From Candidatus Moraniibacteriota bacterium (lineage in GTDB: Bacteria; Patescibacteriota; Minisyncoccia; Moranbacterales; UBA1568), in contig JAQTRS010000003.1 of the NCBI GenBank assembly GCA_028711705.1, positions 109,966-173,965 on the forward strand: a stretch of DNA of 64,000 bases, read 5' to 3'. The notes under the pieces are model-generated. The model was not told the origin of the DNA and did no database searches. It saw nothing but the letters and a program-made list of their open reading frames with translations. Positions 1 through 7,923 of this stretch are shown piece after piece. The number at the start of each line of letters is the position of its first letter. Positions within the stretch are counted from its first letter, which is position 1. Position numbers and translations under genes: made by a program.

Positions 1-24
1 ATGAGTATGGGCGGTACGTATGCC

Positions 25-537
25 TTATGGATGCGCTGGTTGCTGTTTTGCTGCAAGGGCGATGGCCTGACGTTCCTCTTCGGTAAGGGGAAACAGTTTG
101 GAATCGCCATGCTCGATCGGTTTGGCGTAGACGCGCGAACCTTCCCGGGTGTGAAGGGAAGAGATGATAGTGCCGGAATTTCTGCTGTCCAAAAGGGCTA
201 TGGCGAAGCTTTGATTGCTTCCGACCTCTTTGAAAGGATTGAATCGCACGACGCCGACCTTATGGATGCTTTTTTGCGCGAGGCGGTGGATACGATTGGA
301 AATCTCGAACAATTCTTGGATCTCCTTGTCCATAAGGGCCATGTCATCGGATTGCTTGAGGATGACATTTTCGAGGCTTTTGGCTCCATTGCCTTGGAAA
401 AGCGTGTTTTGTCGTTTGGCGATGAGTTTGGACTTATGGAAGAGTCGTATGATCAGAAAGCACAAGACGCCTTCGCCGAGGATAAGGCTCAGTATGGCGG
501 CTAGTAAAAAAGAAGGCTGTGTGAGCGAATCCTGCAT
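25..537 (-). CDS. DUF4446 family membrane-anchored protein
   Basis: N-terminal TM helix, coiled coil, then the KVGVVRFNPF...QSFAIALLD...G..ISSLH.R....VYAKPI pattern typical of DUF4446. Confidence 0.85.
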   Translation of the reverse strand: MQDSLTQPSFLLAAILSLILGEGVLCFLIIRLFHKSKLIAKRQNTLFQGNGAKSLENVILKQSDDMALMDKEIQELFEISNRIHRLAQKSIHKVGVVRFNPFKEVGSNQSFAIALLDSRNSGTIISSLHTREGSRVYAKPIEHGDSKLFPLTEEERQAIALAAKQQPAHP

Positions 538-641
538 AGGTGAGGGGAATAAGGGTCTGTTTAGAATCTTTCTTCCCTTACATTAACACGCTTTTTGCGC
601 GCTGTAAAGGAGATTAGCGGCATGTATGCTATACTGCCCGT

Positions 642-1397
642 ATGGATATCTCCCTTATTATTTCCGCATTTATCGCGGGCCTCCTCACTTTCTTGGCGCC
701 GTGCACCCTGCCTTTGATTCCGGGATACCTGGCATTCGTGAGCGGGGCGTCACTTCGCGATTTCCGTGATACGAAACAATCTTTATCGGCTCAACGGAAG
801 ATATTTTTGAACGGGCTTTTCTTTGTGCTCGGTTTCAGCACTATTTTTATCCTGTTCGGGATAGCGGCCGGAAGCCTGGGTTCTCTGTTTGCCTCGTATA
901 AGTTGCAGTTATCGCGGATAGGAGGGGTGTTCGTGATCTTGTTCGGGTTGTTTATGCTCGAGGTGTTGCATTTGCCCATACTTCATCATACGAAGAGGAT
1001 TTCTGTTCCGCCGATGTTTCGCCGGGGCCGATTGCGGAATTCCTTTCTGCTCGGGGTGGTGTTCGGTTTCGGGTGGACACCGTGCGTCGGTCCGATTTTG
1101 GGATCAGTGCTGTTTTTGGCTTCTTCTACGGCAACCATGGGCCAAGGCGCCTTCTTGCTCGGTGTGTTTTCTTTGGGATTGGCGATCCCGTTCCTGATGC
1201 TCGCACTCGCGATCGGCACGGCGTCTTTGTGGGCGCATCATGTGGCGAGATTCGGTAAGGCACTTACGTTTATCGGTGGTTCCTTCCTTGTTTTTTTGGG
1301 CATTCTGCTCCTTACCGACAGCTTCGGGATCTTTTCGATTGCGATGTATCGCTGGTTTGATTTTCTCCACTACGAGAGCTTGCTGGAATACCTGTAG
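642..1397 (+). CDS. ccdA: Cytochrome c biogenesis CcdA / DsbD transmembrane-domain protein
   Basis: AGLLTFLAPCTLPLIP and GFGWTPCVGPILG motifs with the two conserved Cys; multi-TM. Confidence 0.9.
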   Translation: MDISLIISAFIAGLLTFLAPCTLPLIPGYLAFVSGASLRDFRDTKQSLSAQRKIFLNGLFFVLGFSTIFILFGIAAGSLGSLFASYKLQLSRIGGVFVILFGLFMLEVLHLPILHHTKRISVPPMFRRGRLRNSFLLGVVFGFGWTPCVGPILGSVLFLASSTATMGQGAFLLGVFSLGLAIPFLMLALAIGTASLWAHHVARFGKALTFIGGSFLVFLGILLLTDSFGIFSIAMYRWFDFLHYESLLEYL

Positions 1398-1421
1398 CAG
1401 TCCGTTTGTGCACAGTCAGTG

Positions 1422-1508
1422 CGGAAGGGGGGAGATTCGAACTCCCGATACCGTTTCCGGTATGCCGCTTTTCGAGAGCGGTGCCTTCAACCACTCGGCC
1501 ACCCTTCC
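1422..1508 (-). tRNA. tRNA-Ser (CGA)
   Basis: Reverse complement GGAAGGG...CCCTTCC-G acceptor stem, anticodon arm CCGCT-CTCGAAA-AGCGG, long variable arm, GTTCGAATC T-loop; no encoded CCA. Confidence 0.95.
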
Positions 1509-1626
1509 AGTTGATCACTTGATTGTCCTCGTGCTTCCTGGGTTGCCTGCAGCAACCCGTCAATGCTCGCGCTTGCTCGCATGTGACCCACTCGGCCACC
1601 CTTCCAGTTGATCACTTGATTGTCCT
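1491..1626. repeat. 39-bp exact direct repeat (1491-1529 and 1588-1626) covering the first 18 nt of tRNA-Ser plus 21 nt of its upstream flank
   Basis: CCACTCGGCCACCCTTCCAGTTGATCACTTGATTGTCCT occurs twice, separated by 58 bp containing the hairpin GGGTTGC-CTGCA-GCAACCC. Confidence 0.9.
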
Positions 1627-1713
1627 TGCACCGTATTTGCATGACCTACTCTCTCTGTTGTACAATAGAATAAAGTCTTTTGCAACTTTTTCCACTAAAA
1701 TAAATTTAATAGT

Positions 1714-2259
1714 ATGAGCGTCCCATTTGCTGTTACCTTTGTTGATCCAGAGAGTCTGATTCGCCAGTTGACCATTTCTTCCGGATCGGTAGTGGCTGAT
1801 TTCGGTTGCGGTTCCGGATATTTCTCGCTCGCGTTCGCGAAGGCGGTCGGCAAAGAAGGCAAAGTCATCGCTTTGGATATACTGCCATCCGCTTTGGATG
1901 CGGTCGCCAGCCGCGCAAGGATGGCTGGATTTACGCAGGTTTCAACCAAGCGTGCCAATCTGGAAAAGGAAAACGGGTCGGGTTTGGCGCCGGAGAGCGT
2001 AGATTGGGTTATCCTCAAGGATATTTTGTTCCAGAACAAGAGCAAGGACATCATCCTTAAGGAAGTGCATCGCGTCGTTCGTCCGGGCGGGCATGTGCTA
2101 TTGATGGAATGGAAGAATACGGATGCATCGGTCGGGCCGGATCTTCATTTGAGGATTTCTCGGGAAGAGCTGACCTCATTGGTTCAATCATCGGGGTTTT
2201 CTGTGCAAAAAGAACTCTCGGTAGGGGATTTCCACTATGCATTTTTGCTGATGAAGTAG
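1714..2259 (+). CDS. Class I SAM-dependent methyltransferase
   Basis: VVADFGCGSGYF SAM-binding motif I, VIALDI, EVHRVVRPGG. Confidence 0.9.
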   Translation: MSVPFAVTFVDPESLIRQLTISSGSVVADFGCGSGYFSLAFAKAVGKEGKVIALDILPSALDAVASRARMAGFTQVSTKRANLEKENGSGLAPESVDWVILKDILFQNKSKDIILKEVHRVVRPGGHVLLMEWKNTDASVGPDLHLRISREELTSLVQSSGFSVQKELSVGDFHYAFLLMK

Positions 2260-2286
2260 TCGTTACTCGATAGTCTTCGAATTATC

Positions 2287-3651
2287 ATGAAAAAAATACA
2301 AAAAATTATAGCTTTGTGTCTGATGTTGACTTCCTCGGTGATGCTTTCGGGCTGCGGGTTCAAGGATAATTCTCAAAAGTACGGCGTCAAGCTTGAAATT
2401 TGGGGGGTGTTTGACGATACGGATGCCTACGGTTCGATACTGAGCGATTACAAGAAACTCAATCCCTATATCACGGAAATCAAGTACAAGAAGCTCAACG
2501 TTGACACCTATAAGCAAGATCTTCTGGATGCGCTCGCCTCGGGAAAGGGCCCCGACATTTTCCTGATCCGCAATTCATGGGTACCGTCTTTTCAGGATAA
2601 GATTGTCGCAGCTCCCGCAACGTTCACCGACGAGCGAGGCTTCCGCGAGGCATTTGTCGATGTTGTGGCTAGCGATTTTATGGATGCCGACAAGAAGATC
2701 TATGGTGTGCCGCTCAGCGTCGATTCGCTCGGCCTTTATTATAATAAGGATATTTTCAATGCTGCCGGTATTCTCACGCCGCCGGCCACCTGGGAGGATT
2801 TCGCGCGTGATGCCGCCCTGCTTACCAAAGTGGATGAATTCGGCAATATCACACAGGCAGGCGCTGCTATCGGAACCGCCTATAATATCAACCGTTCCAC
2901 TGACGTGCTTTCGGCGATGATGCTTCAGGCAGGCGTCCCTTTCCATACGGACAGGAGTACCGGTATTGACTTCAAGAATGGTGAGCCGGCCCTTGAGTTT
3001 TATACGCAGTTCGCCAATACGCAGTCGCCGACCTATACCTGGAATACTCGGCAGCACTATTCAGTCGATGCGTTCTATGAAGGGCAGACTGCTATGATGG
3101 TCAATTATTCGTGGCAGTACGAGACGCTTAAGCACAAAAATGCCAAGCTCAATATCGGTGTAGCGCCACTCCCTCAATTCGCGGAGGGCACCAAAGCGAA
3201 TTATGCCAACTATTGGGGCTATGTGGTCGCTAAGAACAAGGAATTCGGACCGGAAGTGACGGATAAGACATTGCAGGACAAATTGCGCGTGCACGAAGCC
3301 TGGGAATTCTTACGCTATTTGACGATGCCCAACGGCAAGGCCATCACTTTGTATAATGCTATTACCGGTACGGCCAAGGAATTCCCGTTGGCGACCGATC
3401 CGGCTCAGGTGTATCTGTCGCAAACAAAAAAACCGGCCGCCAGGCGCGATTTGATCGAGCTTGCGCGACGCGATCTGGTGCTGGGCCCGTTCGCGGAGGG
3501 GAATATCATTGCGAAGAACTGGACGCAGGCTAACCCAGAGGCGGTGGAAACTATTTTCGCCGAGGTGATCGATTCGATCAATCGCGGCGCCGCGACCGTG
3601 CATGGCGCTTTAGGTGTAGCACAGAATCGCATAGGCTACCTGATAAAGTAG
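2287..3651 (+). CDS. Extracellular solute-binding lipoprotein (family 1, sugar type)
   Basis: Lipobox MLSGC; GKGPDIF, IYGVPLSVDSLGLYYNKDIF and PPATWEDF motifs. Confidence 0.88.
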   Translation: MKKIQKIIALCLMLTSSVMLSGCGFKDNSQKYGVKLEIWGVFDDTDAYGSILSDYKKLNPYITEIKYKKLNVDTYKQDLLDALASGKGPDIFLIRNSWVPSFQDKIVAAPATFTDERGFREAFVDVVASDFMDADKKIYGVPLSVDSLGLYYNKDIFNAAGILTPPATWEDFARDAALLTKVDEFGNITQAGAAIGTAYNINRSTDVLSAMMLQAGVPFHTDRSTGIDFKNGEPALEFYTQFANTQSPTYTWNTRQHYSVDAFYEGQTAMMVNYSWQYETLKHKNAKLNIGVAPLPQFAEGTKANYANYWGYVVAKNKEFGPEVTDKTLQDKLRVHEAWEFLRYLTMPNGKAITLYNAITGTAKEFPLATDPAQVYLSQTKKPAARRDLIELARRDLVLGPFAEGNIIAKNWTQANPEAVETIFAEVIDSINRGAATVHGALGVAQNRIGYLIK

Positions 3652-3674
3652 AGATGTAATGTGTTTGTAAAAAT

Positions 3675-4586
3675 ATGGTTATGATGATACGGAAGTTTTT
3701 TGCTTCTCAAAAAGCGTATAGCGTCGTGTTTGCCAGCTTCGTTTTTTTGAGCTTTCTTTTTATGCCGAACGCGACAGATGCTGCCGGTCTTGTGCCCTGC
3801 GGAACGGACAATAATTCGCCGTGCACCCTCTGCCATTTGGTCGTCGGTATAAAGAGTCTGATCGATTGGGGATTCGGCGTGATGACATTTTTCGCTATTG
3901 CGGTTATCGTGGCGATGGGTATCGTCTATATCGTGTCAGCGGGAAATCCTTCCATGACGACGACGGCGAAGAATGGCATCAAGGCTGCTTTGATCGGATT
4001 CCTTATCATGCTCGGCAGTTGGGTGATCGTGAATTTTTTCATGCTGACGCTCGCCAATAACGGTGTGGGCCGTGCGACCAGCTGGAACACGTTCACCTGC
4101 GATACGGCCACGAAGACACAACAGATCAATCAGACGCCAGCTACGCCGGGCTCTGTGACCGGTGGCACATTGTCGTGCACGACCGGTACCTGCGCCACCA
4201 ATTCGCAAGTTTCGGCAGCGGTGCGCAATAATGCATCCGGCCTGAATCCGAATATCCTGATGTCTATCATTGACGGTGGAGAAGGATGTAATAAAGCGAG
4301 TTCACCAGCGGGGGCTTGCGGGTATTCCCAGGTGATGCCGGCGTATAGGAAAAGCGTCTGCGGTCTGACGGGAACCGATGCGGATACATGCGCGGCGATG
4401 CAGAACGATCTGCAATTGGATATCAATTGCGGGGCGAAGTTTATCGCGACCGACTTCGCGGTGAGGTGCGGACCGAGCATTACCACTATCGCATCGTGCT
4501 ATAACACGGGAAATAGAAATAATTGTGGAGAGGGAAGTCCTCCCTATTGCCAGCGCGTAACGAGTTATTATAATTCATGTCCATAG
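3675..4586 (+). CDS. TrbC/VirB2-type pilin fused to a C-terminal lytic transglycosylase (SLT)-like domain
   Basis: GLVPCG...CTLCHL N-region, pilin core GIVYIVSAGN...AKNGIKAALIG; C-terminal SPAGACGYSQVMP, DINCGAKFI and IASCYNTG resemble SLT motifs. Confidence 0.7.
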   Translation: MVMMIRKFFASQKAYSVVFASFVFLSFLFMPNATDAAGLVPCGTDNNSPCTLCHLVVGIKSLIDWGFGVMTFFAIAVIVAMGIVYIVSAGNPSMTTTAKNGIKAALIGFLIMLGSWVIVNFFMLTLANNGVGRATSWNTFTCDTATKTQQINQTPATPGSVTGGTLSCTTGTCATNSQVSAAVRNNASGLNPNILMSIIDGGEGCNKASSPAGACGYSQVMPAYRKSVCGLTGTDADTCAAMQNDLQLDINCGAKFIATDFAVRCGPSITTIASCYNTGNRNNCGEGSPPYCQRVTSYYNSCP

Positions 4587-4605
4587 CATCCTTGTTATCA
4601 ATCCT

Positions 4606-5295
4606 ATGAAAACATTACTCTTTATCCTCCTTGGCGTATTCTGCTTGAGCGCTCCTGCCCAGGCCGATGTCTTCGAATTACATTTTTCATATGATGCCAA
4701 GCAAAACACCCTCAATTTTACTGACAATCAAGACGCCGTGACGGTGAATAAGGAGAAGGATATCTCGATCGTCGAATTTTCCAAAAGCCCTTCTTCGGGT
4801 GATTTCGAATTCGCATTCATCGATGCGACCGGTTTTGAAATAGAGCGCAAAAATTTCACGCCGAAAGCCGGAAACTTCGTTGTGGAGACGCCGTATTACA
4901 GCATCGCGACCAAACTTATCGTACGTAAAATAGGTGTGGCCGAACCGATCCTTACCCGTGACATCAGCGCCTTGTCTACCTGCAATAACAATAAGATATG
5001 CGAATTCGAGAAAGGCGAGACCATCAACACCTGTCTTCCGGATTGCGGTTCCAGCAATGTGACCTATAGCGCGGAGACCAAAACGAAGCTTGAATCCTCC
5101 AACAATATCGTACGTGATGAGAAGACGGGATCCATCTTGCTGAACAATGTCAAAGTGGCAGCACCGCAACCTGAAGCGCAACTGCAAACCCCGCAGCCGA
5201 CCGCCGGTATGTCCGCAACCATGGTGGCGATTCTGAGTGCCATCGCCTTGCTAGTTTTGGGAGGCATAGGATATTTCGTTTATAAAAAGTGGTAG
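4606..5295 (+). CDS. Secreted protein with C-terminal membrane anchor and Cys-rich module
   Basis: Signal peptide ending AQA, CNNNKICE..GE....C..DC module, Pro/Gln linker, C-terminal TM followed by KKW. Confidence 0.65.
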   Translation: MKTLLFILLGVFCLSAPAQADVFELHFSYDAKQNTLNFTDNQDAVTVNKEKDISIVEFSKSPSSGDFEFAFIDATGFEIERKNFTPKAGNFVVETPYYSIATKLIVRKIGVAEPILTRDISALSTCNNNKICEFEKGETINTCLPDCGSSNVTYSAETKTKLESSNNIVRDEKTGSILLNNVKVAAPQPEAQLQTPQPTAGMSATMVAILSAIALLVLGGIGYFVYKKW

Positions 5296-5304
5296 CACTA
5301 GGAC

Positions 5305-5583
5305 TTGTTTATGTTCATAGAAAGAGCGCAAGCGGGGGGAGTGATAGATAATGCACCGACATTTTCGGAGGTCTTTCTTAATGCGTTCATTTTTTTGTTG
5401 CAAGTCGCAGGTATCATTGGTATAATCGGAGTAGTTCTTGCCGGTGTGCTGTATCTCTTTGCCAATGGTGATTCCCGGCGCATCCGTGCTGCAAAAAATA
5501 TGCTGATAGCCATCGTGATCGGCTTCGCCATCCTTTTCGGAGCCTGGATAATCGTACAGGCCGTGAGCAGCTTTTTTTCATAG
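5305..5583 (+). CDS. TrbC/VirB2-type pilin (minimal)
   Basis: Two hydrophobic helices joined by GVLYLFANGD...AAKNMLIAIVIG. Confidence 0.8.
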   Translation: MFMFIERAQAGGVIDNAPTFSEVFLNAFIFLLQVAGIIGIIGVVLAGVLYLFANGDSRRIRAAKNMLIAIVIGFAILFGAWIIVQAVSSFFS

Positions 5584-5701
5584 GACTCACGTGCTTGGCG
5601 CATTTTTTATTGCCTTGACCGCTTGCAAAGACAATCGAAACGGCCCCAAGCACGTGTGTCTTTATAAAAATAAAAAAATAAAAGGAAAGGAGGTGAGTAA
5701 T

Positions 5702-6100
5702 ATGAAAATATCAGTAAAACATATAGCTTCGTTTACATTAGTGCTCGCTATCTTGGTGTTGCCCCAAGTTGTTTTTGGCGCAACTATCGGTCAGCAAGGA
5801 GGATGGACACAGGGTCTGACGAATGGAACAACAGGAGGTGTCTCCCAGCAGACCCCGACTACCATCGTTACCAACATCATCAACTACGCACTGGCTATCA
5901 TCGGTTTCTTGGGCGTCTTAGGATTCATCATCTCGGGTATCATGTATTTGGTATCGGCAGGTGATGAGGCTATGGCCGAGAAAGCGAAAAACAACATGGT
6001 CTACGCCATCATCGGTGTGATCGTCGCACTGTTGGGATATGTCGTTATGGCCGCTATCAGCACATTATTGTCTGCCGGTGGTGCCAACAACGGACTTTAA
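5702..6100 (+). CDS. TrbC/VirB2-type pilin (copy A)
   Basis: Strong SD AAAGGAAAGGAGGTG before ATG 5702; core GIMYLVSAGDEAMAEKAKNNMVYAIIG. Confidence 0.85.
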   Translation: MKISVKHIASFTLVLAILVLPQVVFGATIGQQGGWTQGLTNGTTGGVSQQTPTTIVTNIINYALAIIGFLGVLGFIISGIMYLVSAGDEAMAEKAKNNMVYAIIGVIVALLGYVVMAAISTLLSAGGANNGL

Positions 6101-6115
6101 TCCTCAAGACAGATC

Positions 6116-6157
6116 AAACAAAAAACAGTCTCGCTATCCCGAGATTGTTTTTTGTTT
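6116..6157 (+). terminator. Intrinsic terminator after pilin A, overlapping the next promoter
   Basis: AAACAAAAAACAGTCTCG-loop-CGAGATTGTTTTTTGTTT inverted repeat. Confidence 0.7.
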
Positions 6158-6183
6158 ACGCTTCCGCATTTTTTTGGTATAGT
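6155..6183 (+). promoter_or_regulatory. Sigma70-type promoter for pilin B; near-identical copy at about 6659-6687 before the next pilin
   Basis: TTTACG-17 bp-TATAGT with extended -10 TG; shared block TTGTTTTTTGTTTACGCTT...CATTTT.TTGGTATAGTGAAA in both spacers. Confidence 0.6.
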
Positions 6184-6221
6184 GAAAGAGTAAAAAACAA
6201 AAAGGAAAGGAGGTGTGTCTT

Positions 6222-6605
6222 ATGAAAATAACCGTAAAAAACATTGCCTCATCGGTTTTGCTACTCGTCATCATGGCTGTGCCTCAGGTTGCCTTCGGTC
6301 AGTGGGATATGGGTCAAAACCAGTCGGCAGCGACAGCCTTCGGCGTCTCGACCTCGACCCCTACCGATATCCTGACCAACATCATCAACTACGCACTGGC
6401 TATCATCGGTTTCTTGGGCGTCTTAGGATTCATCATCTCGGGTATCATGTATTTGGTATCGGCAGGTGATGAGGCTATGGCCGAGAAAGCGAAAAACAAC
6501 ATGGTCTACGCCATCATCGGTGTGATCGTCGCACTGTTGGGATATGTCGTTATGGCCGCTATCAGCACATTATTGTCTGCCGGTGGTGCCAACAACGGAC
6601 TGTAG
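6222..6605 (+). CDS. TrbC/VirB2-type pilin (copy B)
   Basis: Same strong SD AAAGGAAAGGAGGTG; C-terminal 76 aa identical to copy A, N-terminus different. Confidence 0.85.
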   Translation: MKITVKNIASSVLLLVIMAVPQVAFGQWDMGQNQSAATAFGVSTSTPTDILTNIINYALAIIGFLGVLGFIISGIMYLVSAGDEAMAEKAKNNMVYAIIGVIVALLGYVVMAAISTLLSAGGANNGL

Positions 6606-6736
6606 ACGAAGACGGTTCTCATGCAAAACAACCCTGCTACAGGCCGGGTTGTTTTTTGTTTACGCTTTTACATTTTCTTGGTATAGTGAAATAAGTTAAG
6701 CGCACGTGGTAAATTTTAAGCAATGAAAATAAAAAT

Positions 6737-7201
6737 ATGTCCACACACCTGAAGAGCCTGATGTTTCCTTTGGTGATGATCGCGGTATTGTTTGCTCCCT
6801 TCGTCTCTTTTGCGGAGGTCTGCGGTGGCGGCACTATCGGAGGAAGCACCGGCGGAGGTATTTATGCTGGCGGTACCCTGGGGGTGGGCAGCGGCGCTTG
6901 TGGTGCCTTCGGCGGCTTGTCTTTGTGGGGCCCGACGCCGTTCGGTCTTCCTGGCGGAAGCATTTTCGGTATCGTTGCGACGGTGGTTGATTGGCTCTTG
7001 GCGCTTTTCGGCATCCTGGGCATTTTAGGCTTCATCATTTCAGGTATCATGTATCTGCTTTCAGCAGGGGATGAGAAGACGGCCGATAAGGCCAAAGCAG
7101 GACTCAAATACTCTATCATCGGTATTGTCGTCGGTCTGTCCGGTTTCGTCATTATGCAGGCGATTAACGGTCTTTTGAGCGGCATGGCAGGCGCATACTA
7201 G
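6737..7201 (+). CDS. TrbC/VirB2-type pilin with Gly-rich N-terminal region
   Basis: Signal peptide, Gly-rich segment with two Cys, core GIMYLLSAGDEKTADKAKAGLKYSIIG. Confidence 0.85.
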   Translation: MSTHLKSLMFPLVMIAVLFAPFVSFAEVCGGGTIGGSTGGGIYAGGTLGVGSGACGAFGGLSLWGPTPFGLPGGSIFGIVATVVDWLLALFGILGILGFIISGIMYLLSAGDEKTADKAKAGLKYSIIGIVVGLSGFVIMQAINGLLSGMAGAY

Positions 7202-7242
7202 TGTCTTGCAGAGTAAATAGGATATAACTTTACACAAAACAT

Positions 7243-7887
7243 ATGTCGGTCACTCGAGAAAAAGCTGCATTCTTCAATCAGAGTCTCAAGGCCCTTCTAT
7301 TCGCTATCGTCGTTGCCGGTATATCGGTGGTATTTGAGCCCGTTTCTGCGGCGCCGGCTTACTGCACCTCGTCCGCAGCGCTCTATCAATGCGTGGCCCC
7401 GGGAACAAATTGCGCTTCCCTTGGATCCACCATGGTGGGTGATTCGGCCTGCGACACTGCCTGCAACGGAGGTTGGAAGTATTGCGGTTCGCAAGCACCG
7501 ACACCGCCGCCAACAGCCGCTCCTGCATCAGCGACGGGTGTCAGTTCGGCTGCAGCAGCAGGAGGGGCGACGTGCGGTGCAGGATTTTCGGCGACGGCAG
7601 GCGTGTGCTTCCCGACCGATACGGGACTTCCGGATCCTGCCGATGGTATCGCGCAGATTTTGGGAAACTTCTTCAGTTGGCTGCTGATTATCTTTGGTTT
7701 CTTGGCTGTTGGAGCCTTCGTTATTTCCGGTATACAGTACCTTGTCTCCGCCGGGGATGAGGATATGGCTAAGACGGCGAAGCGCAATATGAAATGGTCT
7801 ATCATCGGTGTGATTGTCGGGCTTTCGGGCTGGATTATCATGCAGGCCGTCGCCAATGCCCTCACCGCGCAGACGTCGATCTTCTAG
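7243..7887 (+). CDS. TrbC/VirB2-type pilin with Cys-rich N-terminal domain
   Basis: Eight Cys and a Pro/Ala linker before core GIQYLVSAGDEDMAKTAKRNMKWSIIG. Confidence 0.85.
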   Translation: MSVTREKAAFFNQSLKALLFAIVVAGISVVFEPVSAAPAYCTSSAALYQCVAPGTNCASLGSTMVGDSACDTACNGGWKYCGSQAPTPPPTAAPASATGVSSAAAAGGATCGAGFSATAGVCFPTDTGLPDPADGIAQILGNFFSWLLIIFGFLAVGAFVISGIQYLVSAGDEDMAKTAKRNMKWSIIGVIVGLSGWIIMQAVANALTAQTSIF

Positions 7888-7923
7888 CGATGCGATATAA
7901 ACATATTTTTTAAAACAGCGACT

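Larger units (their letters stand above)
5870..6601 (+). repeat. Identical 227-bp direct repeat (5870-6096 and 6375-6601) encoding the shared pilin C-terminal core
   Basis: Base-by-base comparison from ACCAACATCATCAAC to GCCAACAACGGACT showed no mismatch. Confidence 0.92.

Noticed and set aside
1-586. Plus-strand ORFs 1..504 and 215..586
   Set aside because: They overlap the antisense strand of the well-supported DUF4446 gene and show no recognisable motifs.
642-1397. ccdA as evidence of cytochrome c respiration
   Set aside because: CcdA is a general transmembrane disulfide-reductant carrier, and no heme or cytochrome genes are in the window.
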